DNA of 64,000 nucleotides from Candidatus Omnitrophota bacterium. GTDB lineage: Bacteria; Omnitrophota; Gorgyraeia; Zapsychrales; Aceulaceae. Position 1 is the stretch's first letter. Each line of letters begins with the position of its first letter. A program made the translations under genes and the position numbers. The stretch lies in NCBI GenBank assembly GCA_029564765.1, contig JAKQPK010000023.1, forward strand, positions 87,084 through 151,083, read 5' to 3'. The notes below the pieces were generated by a model. That model was not told where the DNA came from. It was given only the letters and a program-made list of their open reading frames with translations, and searched no databases. Positions 42,741-52,219 of this stretch are shown one piece after another.

Positions 42741-43526
42741 TTAACGATCGATAACGACAAAAACCTCTTCCAACTGCGAGAAGACGACTGCAGGCTTAAT
42801 CAGACAATCAAGCGTAGGACTTGCAAGATTTTCTTGGACATCGATAATGCGCCCGATCAGGAGCCCTTCTGGAAAAAAAGAACTGATCTTCGAGGTCACG
42901 ACAATATCACCGACCTGAACATCCGAGGTCACAGGAAGGTATTGCAAGCGACACGTCCCTCGAAGCGTTCCAGAGACAACGCCCTGATCGCGCGTGCGCT
43001 CAAGGGAAGCCGCAACGCTAAATCGAGAGTCAGTCAGCATTGTCACTTTCGCCAGCTGATCCCCGACCTCTGAAATTTTTCCAACAACCCCAGAGGACGT
43101 GACGACTGGCATTCCTTGCCGCACACCCTGTTTCTTTCCCTTATCAATAATGATAGCCGCTGACCAATTCGCCGGATCGCGCATAAGCACATGGGCTGCG
43201 ATTAAGGAAAAAGAAGACTGACGCTTAAAATCCAACAACGCGCGCAAACGGGCATTTTCTTTCAAGACCTCTTCCTGCTGCCAAGCCTGCTGGACCAAAG
43301 GCTCCATTTGTTTCTTAAAAACTTGATACTCATTATAGGTCTTGTGATAAAAAAGGATCTTTCTTATTTCTCTGAATGGGAATAACGCGACCTGGATCGG
43401 CCATGAACTCGCCTGGAGGACATCTGTTTTCAGATTAGAAAAAAGTTGCTGCGGAAGAAAAAGGCAAATAAAAGCGGTAGTAGCGATCAGGAAATAAACT
43501 AGAGCTTTCTTGGATTTCTTAAGCAC
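42741..43526 (-). CDS. mreC: Rod shape protein MreC
   Basis: TM helix, ENARLRALL coil, IIIDKG...GV..GMPV and FPEGL.IG motifs. Confidence 0.93.
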   Translation of the reverse strand: MLKKSKKALVYFLIATTAFICLFLPQQLFSNLKTDVLQASSWPIQVALFPFREIRKILFYHKTYNEYQVFKKQMEPLVQQAWQQEEVLKENARLRALLDFKRQSSFSLIAAHVLMRDPANWSAAIIIDKGKKQGVRQGMPVVTSSGVVGKISEVGDQLAKVTMLTDSRFSVAASLERTRDQGVVSGTLRGTCRLQYLPVTSDVQVGDIVVTSKISSFFPEGLLIGRIIDVQENLASPTLDCLIKPAVVFSQLEEVFVVIDR

Positions 43527-43550
43527 ATCAACTCACTACTCGTTATGCGA

Positions 43551-44624
43551 TCAATATTCAAATCGGGTAGGAACAACAAGGCCTCGTCGAAGGCGAGCCG
43601 GCATATCGAGCGTCTGCCCTGTGCCTAGAACGACCGCGGTTAAAGGGTCATCGGCAATGTGCACAGGAAGACCAGTTTCTTCAGAGATCAGTTTATCCAA
43701 GCCGCGCAACATCGCTCCCCCGCCGGCCATAACGATACCGCGATCAATCAGATCGGCAGCCAATTCAGGCGGCGTGTGTTCCAGTGTCGCTTTCGATGCC
43801 TCTACAATAGCGCGCACAGGGCCTTGCAAAGATTCGCGAACCTCGACAGAAGTGATCGTGATCGTCTTAGGTAGGCCAGAAATAAGATCGCGGCCACGAA
43901 CATCCATCGTTAGCTCTTCGTCCAATGGATAGGCGGATCCGATACGGATCTTGATCTCTTCCGACGTGCGTTCACCGATCATCAAATTATAATTCTTTCC
44001 TAAATAATCCATGATCGCCGCGTCCATTTCATCTCCAGCGATACGGATCGACTGCGCGTAAACAATGCCACCTAGGGATAAAACCGCGAATTCCGTGGTC
44101 CCTCCTCCGATATCAACGATCATATTTCCGGCGGGATCTTCAACTGGAAGGCCGGCTCCGACCGCTGCGGCCTTTGGCTCTTCGATCAGATCAACGGAAC
44201 GCGCTCCCGCTCGCTCGGCTGAATCCTTGACCGCTCTTTTTTCAACTTCCGTGATCCCTGAAGGGATCGCAACGACCATCGCTGGCCTAGCGATCACAAA
44301 TCGCCGATGCACTTTCTTAATAAAATACCGTAGCATCGCTTCAGTGATCTCAAAGTCAGAAATGACACCATCCTTCATAGGGCGCACCGCGACAATATTG
44401 CCGGGCGTTCTTCCGAGCATACGCTTTGCCTCTTCGCCAACAGCGATCACTTGACCTGTTTCTTTATGAAGAGCAACGACGGAAGGCTCGCACAAAACCA
44501 CTCCTTCTCCTTTGATGTAGACGAGTGTTGTCGCTGTGCCAAGATCGATCCCCATATCATTAGAAAAAAGACCAACGATATAATTGATCGTCTTTTTAAA
44601 TATTTTCCAGAACTTTTCCCACAT
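43551..44624 (-). CDS. mreB: Actin-like MreB
   Basis: [29 protein letters not shown] and AGGGA motifs. Confidence 0.97.
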   Translation of the reverse strand: MWEKFWKIFKKTINYIVGLFSNDMGIDLGTATTLVYIKGEGVVLCEPSVVALHKETGQVIAVGEEAKRMLGRTPGNIVAVRPMKDGVISDFEITEAMLRYFIKKVHRRFVIARPAMVVAIPSGITEVEKRAVKDSAERAGARSVDLIEEPKAAAVGAGLPVEDPAGNMIVDIGGGTTEFAVLSLGGIVYAQSIRIAGDEMDAAIMDYLGKNYNLMIGERTSEEIKIRIGSAYPLDEELTMDVRGRDLISGLPKTITITSVEVRESLQGPVRAIVEASKATLEHTPPELAADLIDRGIVMAGGGAMLRGLDKLISEETGLPVHIADDPLTAVVLGTGQTLDMPARLRRGLVVPTRFEY

Positions 44625-44656
44625 AAGAGAGCTCCTTAATAATAATATTTATAAAA

Positions 44657-44685
44657 ATCATATCGGAAAAGGCCCTAACTGTCAA
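44657..44685 (-). promoter_or_regulatory. sigma70-type promoter of mreBCD-mrdA-rodA
   Basis: TTGACA-17 nt-TATGAT, 32 nt upstream of the mreB start. Confidence 0.8.
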
Positions 44686-44698
44686 ATGAAAGGATATT

Positions 44699-45991
44699 TT
44701 ATCTTTTTTTAAGCTTCGCTCCGATTTCCTGAAGATCTGATATAAAATCAGGATAAGATTTCCTAACACACTCAATATCCTTGACTTGCGTCCCTATTTT
44801 TAGCCCTAAAACGCTAAATGCCATTGCCAAGCGATGATCCTGGCGAGGATCCAAAATAACATCCTGTCTGTAAAAAGCTTGAGGGTAAATGGTTAATGAG
44901 TCTTTTTCCTCTCTGATACAAGCCCCTATCTTTAAGAGTTCCGATCGAAGATCACTAATACGATCAGATTCCTTTGCGCGCGCGTGAGCAATATGACAAA
45001 GTTTTGTTCTGCCCTTAGCAAAAAGCGCTAAGACAGCCATAATAGGAACCAGATCTGGACAATCACGCAAAGAAAAAACGCCTCCAGAAAGAAGATGTGG
45101 TCCTTTCACCTTAAGGGACGTCTTTGTCTTTATGATCCGCGCGCCCATACGCTTTAAAAAAGCCATGATCTGGCCATCTGCCTGGACCAGCTCATCACAA
45201 AAGAAACCCTGCAAAGTCAACTGAGACCTGCTTAAGATCCCTGCCGCAAGCAAAAAAGCAGCTAATCCGTAATCCGAAGGAACGGTAAACTGTCCCAACC
45301 CGCTATATTTCTGTTCGCCCTTAATGACAAAGCGTGCGCTAGATGCCTTATCGATCTTAATGCCGGCTTTTTTTAAAATAGCCAAAGTCATATCAACATA
45401 AGTTTTTGAAACAGCTGTCTTGCCCGTGACTTTCAAGGTCGTATCTTTTTGTAAAAAAGGACACGCGATCAGTAAGGCAGAAATAAATTGGGAACTCAGT
45501 GATCCATCGATCGAAATATTGCCTGAACGCAAGAAGCCTTTGTTAATACGGATAGGAATGGTTTCTTTTAGGCCTTTTCCTCTCACATCACGACCCATGC
45601 GCCGCAAAGTTTCTGTTAAGAATTTATTAGGCCTTGATCGCAGTGTCCCTTGTCCCAACACCATGCTAGGGCCAGGCCTCAGCGCCAATAGCGGCAAAAG
45701 GAACCGCAGTACAGTACCTGATTCTCCCACAGAACATTTAAGAAGATCTTTTGTAAAGTTAAAATCAGCTTGGATCGTGATCGTTCGACCATCAGCGGAA
45801 ATGATAACACGTGCGCCCAGAGCTTTGGCAGCGTCCAACGCTCGTCGCACATCATCACAGGACGAAACGTTTTGAAGAATGGAACGACCGCCGCAGGCCG
45901 CGACGATCACTGAACGAATAGAATATGACTTAGAGGAAGGCGATCTGACCGCTCCCCGCAGGTAAGGCGTAGGCCGAACGTCAAGTATCAT
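44699..45991 (-). CDS. aroA: EPSP synthase
   Basis: SKS.S.R, GESGT..R, SSQFISALL, KESDRI, DHRLAM and KSYPDF motifs. Confidence 0.93.
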   Translation of the reverse strand: MILDVRPTPYLRGAVRSPSSKSYSIRSVIVAACGGRSILQNVSSCDDVRRALDAAKALGARVIISADGRTITIQADFNFTKDLLKCSVGESGTVLRFLLPLLALRPGPSMVLGQGTLRSRPNKFLTETLRRMGRDVRGKGLKETIPIRINKGFLRSGNISIDGSLSSQFISALLIACPFLQKDTTLKVTGKTAVSKTYVDMTLAILKKAGIKIDKASSARFVIKGEQKYSGLGQFTVPSDYGLAAFLLAAGILSRSQLTLQGFFCDELVQADGQIMAFLKRMGARIIKTKTSLKVKGPHLLSGGVFSLRDCPDLVPIMAVLALFAKGRTKLCHIAHARAKESDRISDLRSELLKIGACIREEKDSLTIYPQAFYRQDVILDPRQDHRLAMAFSVLGLKIGTQVKDIECVRKSYPDFISDLQEIGAKLKKR

Positions 45992-46791
45992 TTTTTAATC
46001 AGAACGCGGTCGTTAGGTTGGACGCTTTGTGCTGACAGCGGCTCTAGGAAGTCCGCGACGGACATGATGTTTTGCACGCGGGCAATCCTTCCTTCGCCTA
46101 AAAGCGTGTCACCGCGATAAAATTCAACGATCATTCCTTCAGAAATGCCGCTTGAGGCCCCAAGATCGATGATCGCAAAATTATTTTCTTGATTTAACTT
46201 AAGGATCTGCCCTTGAGCAGGCGTATCCATGCCGGTCGCCTGTTCAGGCACCCCTTCGGGGGTAACAATGATCGTTTCCAGGCTCACACCTGTCGAGGAA
46301 GAAAGTTTCCCTTCTATGCCCTTTAATTTCTCTTCAGCCTCTTGCAATTTATTAGACAGCTGATCGCGCAAATCTTTTGCCGCATTGATTTCACTTTCTA
46401 AAAATGTATTGCGTTCACGTAGCACAATCACTTCATCTTGGAACTTCTTTCGCTCGCTACCGATCGTTTCAACCAGCCCTTTTAAATTCACATTCTCTTT
46501 TTTGATCTCATCTTTTAATCCTTTTTCAAGCTCGAGATCATCCATGAGCCCGCTGATCTTATCATCCTGCTCTTTCATTTTATTCGTCAGGACAACGATC
46601 TCTTCCTGGGCTGCCTTATATTGCTCTTCGATCTTGCGACGAGCGTCTTCAGAAACGACAAGTTTCTTTTCCACGCCAGATCTGATCTCGCGCTCTTTCA
46701 CAAGAAAAAAAGTCACGATCGAAGTAAGAGATAGCAACATCAAAAAGAAAACAATAAGAAAAATAGTGAATGTTTTCCCTGAACGGTTCAT
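45988..46791 (-). CDS. Membrane-anchored coiled-coil protein with C-terminal beta domain (hypothetical)
   Basis: Start moved to MNRSGK (ATG 46791, SD AAGGAG); N-terminal TM, about 140-aa coiled coil, C-terminal IIDLG...G...GM motif. Confidence 0.8.
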   Translation of the reverse strand: MNRSGKTFTIFLIVFFLMLLSLTSIVTFFLVKEREIRSGVEKKLVVSEDARRKIEEQYKAAQEEIVVLTNKMKEQDDKISGLMDDLELEKGLKDEIKKENVNLKGLVETIGSERKKFQDEVIVLRERNTFLESEINAAKDLRDQLSNKLQEAEEKLKGIEGKLSSSTGVSLETIIVTPEGVPEQATGMDTPAQGQILKLNQENNFAIIDLGASSGISEGMIVEFYRGDTLLGEGRIARVQNIMSVADFLEPLSAQSVQPNDRVLIKK

Positions 46792-46888
46792 AGATAACTC
46801 CTTTATAAATAAATTTTTATTAAACTTATTATAAAATAAACCCCAATGAAGTAAAGAGAAGTTTCTGGAAAAAGGGCTGTCGTGAAAA

Positions 46889-47779
46889 TCATCCCAGAAG
46901 AAATTCTGAGGGCGTGGGCGATGAAAACTCAACCCAAGCCTTTGTTTGAGGATGAAAGAAAGCAAGAGCCTTGGCATGAAGAGCGAGCCGAGAGAAAGAA
47001 TTCTTCTTCCCGTACTTTTCATCTCCCAAGATCGGATGTCCTAGATGGGCCATGTGTACGCGCAGCTGATGCATTCTCCCTGTTCTTGGCATCAACAACA
47101 CGAGCGAGGCTTTGGAAAATCTTTTGAGCACCCTATAAAAGGTTTGGGCTTCTTTTGGTTCCCGCGCCAGAACAGAACGCTTTTGGCGATGCAAAGGGTC
47201 TGGCCCTAAAGGGGCATCGATCACGCCTTCGTCAAATTCCACGCATCCTTCCACGAGCGCGACATAGCACTTCTTCACGATCCGCCCTTCAAATTGATGG
47301 GCCAAATCAACATGCGCCCTGTTGCTCTTGACCGCCACCATCAATCCGGATGTTTCCTTATCGAGTCGATGAACAATGCCGGGCCTCGTCATATCATCGT
47401 TGACGTTGGAGAGCTTCTTGCAATGACAAAGCAAAGCGTTGACCAAAGTTCCGCTGCCACATCCGGCACCAGGGTGCACCGTCATGCCCGAAGGCTTATT
47501 GATAACGATCAAAACGCTATCTTCATAAAAAACATCTAAAGGAATATTCTCGGGCTTGACATCAAAAGATATCTTGTCCTGAACGCTTACATCAACGGTC
47601 TCCCCTGCGATAAGTTTATAATTGTTTTTACGCGGAATACCATTGATACTGACAGAACCGCTCTTGATCAGATGCTGAACAAAAGCTCTCGAAGGACAAA
47701 GCGGGATTGCCTTGGCGAGAAAAACATCAAGACGTTTATGCGCGTCTTCGGGCGCGATGCAAAAGGTATATGTCGGCAT
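46889..47779 (-). CDS. rluD: RluA/RluD family 23S rRNA pseudouridine synthase with S4 domain
   Basis: RLD.FL S4 start, NKPSG..VHP, GIVHRLDKETSG, TGR.HQLRVH and GD..YG motifs. Confidence 0.88.
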   Translation of the reverse strand: MPTYTFCIAPEDAHKRLDVFLAKAIPLCPSRAFVQHLIKSGSVSINGIPRKNNYKLIAGETVDVSVQDKISFDVKPENIPLDVFYEDSVLIVINKPSGMTVHPGAGCGSGTLVNALLCHCKKLSNVNDDMTRPGIVHRLDKETSGLMVAVKSNRAHVDLAHQFEGRIVKKCYVALVEGCVEFDEGVIDAPLGPDPLHRQKRSVLAREPKEAQTFYRVLKRFSKASLVLLMPRTGRMHQLRVHMAHLGHPILGDEKYGKKNSFSRLALHAKALAFFHPQTKAWVEFSSPTPSEFLLG

Positions 47780-48476
47780 AGAAGGCCAAAAATATCATGG
47801 CAACATTGATCAACTGAAAAATACCTAGCCCTAGGATGATCGGCTCATAATCCGCACGGAAAAATTGAACGATCAGCCGCTCGAATGATGCCAGAATGAA
47901 ATACCAGCAGAAGATCCGTCCTTCCACAACATGGCGAGCCTGGCCAATCTTTAGAATAACAAAGATAAGGAATAAATTAATCGCCGAATAAAGCTGTGTT
48001 GGATGCAGGGTTTGTTGATGGACAGGAAAATACATGCCCTGGCCCCAAGGCTTTCCATGACAACAACCGTTGAAGAAACATCCTATACGCCCTAAAGATT
48101 GGCCTAGTGCTGCGTACGGGATAACAAAATCAAGCGTTTTCAACAAAGGTAATTTATGATAACGAATAAAAAGAACACCCACAACAGTGGAAAGGATCAA
48201 GCCACCCTGCCACGCGAGGCCTCCCTGATGCAAATAAAAAACCTCTAGTGGATGCTGCAGAAAATAATGCACATGAAGGATGATGAAAAAAAGGCGACTG
48301 CCAATGATACCCGCGACAGAGACCCAGAAAACAAGGTCTACCATGACATTCGGGTCCCAGTGTTTTCGTCTTGCGTCATGTTGCAACAAGAACGTGCAGA
48401 CCACGACCGCAACGGCGACCATGGCCCCATAGCTGTAGATCGTAAACGTTCCTATTTGGCAGAGGATGGGATGCAT
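47736..48476 (-). CDS. lgt: Prolipoprotein diacylglyceryl transferase
   Basis: YG, G.R, GRIGCF.NGCC and HPTQLY motifs; next to lspA. Confidence 0.92.
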   Translation of the reverse strand: MHPILCQIGTFTIYSYGAMVAVAVVVCTFLLQHDARRKHWDPNVMVDLVFWVSVAGIIGSRLFFIILHVHYFLQHPLEVFYLHQGGLAWQGGLILSTVVGVLFIRYHKLPLLKTLDFVIPYAALGQSLGRIGCFFNGCCHGKPWGQGMYFPVHQQTLHPTQLYSAINLFLIFVILKIGQARHVVEGRIFCWYFILASFERLIVQFFRADYEPIILGLGIFQLINVAMIFLAFYADIYLLHRARRRA

Positions 48477-48922
48477 GTCAAAATAAAGACGCAGGCGCCT
48501 ATCGTTATGGCGCTGTCTGCAATGTTAAAAACAGGCCAGATCCTAAGATCAATAAAATCAATAACGAAGCCATATTGCAAGCGGTCGATCAAATTCCCGA
48601 TGGCCCCGCTGATGATCAGAGAAAAGGACACAACGGACAACCGACCCGGCAGTGGGCTTTGAGGATGAACAAACAACATCCAGCTAAAAAAAAGTACCGA
48701 GGCTAGTGATACACCAATAAAAATGAATCCCTGGTCCTTGAACAAGCCAAAGGCGATCCCCGTATTATGCACTAATGTAAAATGGAATATGTTACGTATA
48801 ACGGGAATGGACTCTCCTAGCGAAAGCGTATTCAGAAAGAAAAGTTTTGACAATCGATCCGCGCAAACGACCAAAGAGACCAGAGGGATGGCAATAAAAA
48901 AGATCTCATGGGTTCTTTTCAT
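48452..48922 (-). CDS. lspA: Lipoprotein signal peptidase II
   Basis: NTGIAFG, GNLIDR, VIDFI and FNIADSAI motifs. Confidence 0.95.
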   Translation of the reverse strand: MKRTHEIFFIAIPLVSLVVCADRLSKLFFLNTLSLGESIPVIRNIFHFTLVHNTGIAFGLFKDQGFIFIGVSLASVLFFSWMLFVHPQSPLPGRLSVVSFSLIISGAIGNLIDRLQYGFVIDFIDLRIWPVFNIADSAITIGACVFILTCIPSSAK

Positions 48923-48954
48923 AAGGCATGGTCACGCTTGTGTCTGAAAAACGA

Positions 48955-49335
48955 TTATTTCTCGTGCTTTTCCTGACACTTTAGACAGAACGCAACATAA
49001 GGAAGAGCCTCTAGACGTCTTGCTGGGATCTCGCATCCGCATTCCTCGCAGAGGCCAAAGTTCCCCGCTTCAATACGTTTAAGGGCTTTATCGATCTTCT
49101 GCAATAATTCACGATCATTCGAGGCGAGCCCTAGAGAAAATTCACGGTCATACATATCCGTGGCAACATCAGCCAAATGCATTACATGGCCAGAAACATC
49201 GCCGGAATCGCTGCGCTCCGAGGGTGACGCGTGATCGGCAATCTTCTTAATGTCATGGACGATCTTTTCCTTCAGGTCCATGAGAATGGTCTGGTATTTA
49301 AGGACTTTTTTCTTGTCGATCTTTGTTTTTGGCAT
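48955..49335 (-). CDS. DksA/TraR family C4 zinc-finger protein
   Basis: Coiled coil with H..D.A tip, FGLCEECG and RLEALP....CLKC; ATG 49335 has SD AGGAG; ileS-X-lspA context. Confidence 0.85.
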   Translation of the reverse strand: MPKTKIDKKKVLKYQTILMDLKEKIVHDIKKIADHASPSERSDSGDVSGHVMHLADVATDMYDREFSLGLASNDRELLQKIDKALKRIEAGNFGLCEECGCEIPARRLEALPYVAFCLKCQEKHEK

Positions 49336-49392
49336 TTGCTTCTCCTTCAAATTATTAAGATGACATATTCTTTAATGATCTCAACCAAAACC

Positions 49393-52218
49393 TTACTTGT
49401 TGCCAGGAACGCTCTCAACGACAGCCAGGCAACGCACGCATATCTGCGGGTGATCCTGATGGGCTCCAACCGACGCGCAATAATTCCAGCATCGTGCGCA
49501 TTTTTGACCGTCCGCCCTATCGACAACAATTTGTGTTTTAGGGCACTCAGCGCTGATATCAGATACAATGCCAGCATCCCAAACAACTTCGCACTGAGAA
49601 ACAATAAAAACAGCCCTGAGCATTTCAACATCAAATCGTGATAGCTGATCAAAGATATTCTTGCTCGCTGTACGAATAACAACCTTAGCTTCCAAAGAAC
49701 TACCAATAAGCCCTTGCTGACGTTTTTCTTCCAAGGATTTTAACGCGTAAGGTCGAAATGTCGCCAACAAAAATCCCCATTTGGACTCAAGGTCGCCATC
49801 GCGGACCCAATCATCAGGAGTAGAATTCCATTGAAGCAAATGTACGCTGGAAATATTTTTTAGCGCTGTTGTTTTAGGCATTGCTTCAAAAATTTCATGG
49901 GCTGTAAAGCTTAGGACGGGAGCCAATAATCGAACTAAAATATCGATCGTATGATACAGAACGGTTTGCGCGCTTGCGCGTTCGCGCGATTTAGCCGCCG
50001 AAGTATACAGTCTATCTTTTAGGATGTCAAGATAAATGCCGGACAATGTCTCGTTGCAAAAAGAATAGAGCTCTTGATAGACCATCGCAAAATCATATTC
50101 TTCGTATTTTTTCTCAACAAGATCTTTTGTCCACGACAATCGGGAGAGCGCCCAGCGGTCGATCTCCAAAAGCTGATCGTGGGCAAGAGTGTCCTTGTCA
50201 GGATCAAAATCATAAAGATTGCTCAGAATAAACCTAACCGTGTTGCGGATCTTGCGATACGCGTCAACGAGGCGATCTAGGATCTCCTTGGAAACACGGA
50301 TATCATCATTGTAGTTGCTGGAAGCGACCCATAAACGCAAGAAGTCTGCGCCGTAATTCTTGATGATGTCTTGCGGTGAAACAACATTGCCCAAGGATTT
50401 TGACATTTTGCGTCCTTGGCCGTCCACCACAAAACCATGGGTTAAAACAGCTTTAAACGGCGGCTTCCCATCGATCGCGACAGATGGAATAAGCGAAGAT
50501 TGGAACCAGCCACGATGCTGGTCTGACCCCTCCAAATATAAAGCGACCGGAATATCTTTGTGCATCATGCCCTTAACGACCGCTTGATGACTCACCCCTG
50601 AGTCGAACCAAACATCCAAAATATCATCAGCTTTCGCAAAATCATCCTTGCCGCAATCCGGGCACTTGAAGCCTTGAGGCAGAAGGTCCTTAATGTCTTT
50701 CTCAAACCAGGCGCTCGTTCCTTCTTTCTTAACGATCTCTTTAAAATGACCGATCACTTCAGAAAATAATTTCTGCTCATCGCTACACCCGTGACAAATA
50801 ACAGCCGGAATAGGTACGCCCCAGTACCGCTGACGCGACAGACACCAGTCCGGACGGGTCTTGATCATGCCTTCGATGCGCTCTTTCCCCGCTTCAGGGA
50901 TCCACTGTACATCATTCTGAGCTGCTTCTAACAACTTGTGACGAAGGCCATTGTGGTCGATACGCGCGAACCACTGCTTCGTTGCACGAAAAATGACAGG
51001 CTTCTTGCAGCGCCAGCAATGAGGATAAGAGTGATCGATGTTCTCCTGTGCGAATAAAACTTTTTTCTCGTTAAGTTTCGCAATAATAGCTTCATTCGCC
51101 TTAAACACATGCTGGCCAGCAAACTCCCCAGCCTCCGCGCTAAAGATCCCGCGAGAATCAACCGGCATCACAACGTCAAGTTTAAATCTTAGTCCTGTTT
51201 CAAAATCTTCTTGTCCATGACCAGGTGCCGTGTGCACAAGCCCCGTACCATCTTCCCGAGTAACATAATCAACCGCGACAACAGGACATTTCTCTCGCAA
51301 ACCAAAAGGATGACAGTAAATAAATTTTGTTAGGTCTTTTCCGCGGCATTGTTTGATAACTTTAAATTTCTGGATGCCCCCTTTGGCTAAAACTTTCTCG
51401 GCCAAGGTCTTTTCTAGAATGAGAACGCTGTCGCCCGTTTCAACAAAAGAATACTCATACTCCGGATGAATGGCAACCGCCACGTTCGCCAAGAGCGTCC
51501 AAGGTGTCGTGGTCCAGACAAGCAAAAAAAGTTCTTTGCCTTTAAGATCACATGGAACACCCTCAGGATTGCTCACAGGAAATTTAACATACACAGATGG
51601 CGAAGTATGATTTTCGTATTCTACCTCCGCCTCCGCCAAAGCAGTCTCGCAACTTGCGCACCAATTGACCGGTTTTAGTCCTCGATAAATATAACCCTTC
51701 TGGTTCAACTGCTCCAGCGAATGCAAGATCCAATATTCATATTCCGGCGTCAAAGTAAGATATGGTTTGTCCCATTCGCCAAAAACACCTAAGCGCTTGA
51801 ACTGATCACGCTGAAGGGCAACGTATTTCATTGCATACTCATGGGCCTTGCGCCTGAAGTCCACCCGCTCAACCTGTGATTTGTGCGCTTTCATTTCTTT
51901 CAATAGCTGATGCTCGATCGGAAGCCCATGACAATCCCAACCCGGCACATATAGACTATCAAACCCTTGCATCGTCTTGAATTTAACGATCATATCCTTA
52001 AGGATCTTATTCAAGGCATGTCCGATGTGAATATTGCCATTCGCATACGGTGGCCCATCATGAAGCGTAAATTCAGGTTTTCCTTTTGCCTGAGCGCGGA
52101 TCGCCTGGTACAAGCCATTCTTTTCCCATGCCTCCAACAGCTTCGGCTCCTTCTGAGCCAGATCAGCCTTCATAGAAAAAGATGTTTTCGGTAAATTCAG
52201 CGTTTCTTGATAGCTCAT
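49393..52218 (-). CDS. ileS: Isoleucine--tRNA ligase (type 1)
   Basis: DGPPYANG.IHIGH, WTTTPWT, KMSKS and C-terminal CARC...CVRC Zn site; start moved to MSYQETL (52218). Confidence 0.97.
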   Translation of the reverse strand: MSYQETLNLPKTSFSMKADLAQKEPKLLEAWEKNGLYQAIRAQAKGKPEFTLHDGPPYANGNIHIGHALNKILKDMIVKFKTMQGFDSLYVPGWDCHGLPIEHQLLKEMKAHKSQVERVDFRRKAHEYAMKYVALQRDQFKRLGVFGEWDKPYLTLTPEYEYWILHSLEQLNQKGYIYRGLKPVNWCASCETALAEAEVEYENHTSPSVYVKFPVSNPEGVPCDLKGKELFLLVWTTTPWTLLANVAVAIHPEYEYSFVETGDSVLILEKTLAEKVLAKGGIQKFKVIKQCRGKDLTKFIYCHPFGLREKCPVVAVDYVTREDGTGLVHTAPGHGQEDFETGLRFKLDVVMPVDSRGIFSAEAGEFAGQHVFKANEAIIAKLNEKKVLFAQENIDHSYPHCWRCKKPVIFRATKQWFARIDHNGLRHKLLEAAQNDVQWIPEAGKERIEGMIKTRPDWCLSRQRYWGVPIPAVICHGCSDEQKLFSEVIGHFKEIVKKEGTSAWFEKDIKDLLPQGFKCPDCGKDDFAKADDILDVWFDSGVSHQAVVKGMMHKDIPVALYLEGSDQHRGWFQSSLIPSVAIDGKPPFKAVLTHGFVVDGQGRKMSKSLGNVVSPQDIIKNYGADFLRLWVASSNYNDDIRVSKEILDRLVDAYRKIRNTVRFILSNLYDFDPDKDTLAHDQLLEIDRWALSRLSWTKDLVEKKYEEYDFAMVYQELYSFCNETLSGIYLDILKDRLYTSAAKSRERASAQTVLYHTIDILVRLLAPVLSFTAHEIFEAMPKTTALKNISSVHLLQWNSTPDDWVRDGDLESKWGFLLATFRPYALKSLEEKRQQGLIGSSLEAKVVIRTASKNIFDQLSRFDVEMLRAVFIVSQCEVVWDAGIVSDISAECPKTQIVVDRADGQKCARCWNYCASVGAHQDHPQICVRCLAVVESVPGNK

Positions 52219-52219
52219 C

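Noticed and set aside
52219-52219. T-box riboswitch before ileS (or tyrS)
   Set aside because: ileS starts 1 nt after the mtnP stop and the tyrS gap is about 60 nt, so there is no room and no T-box motif.
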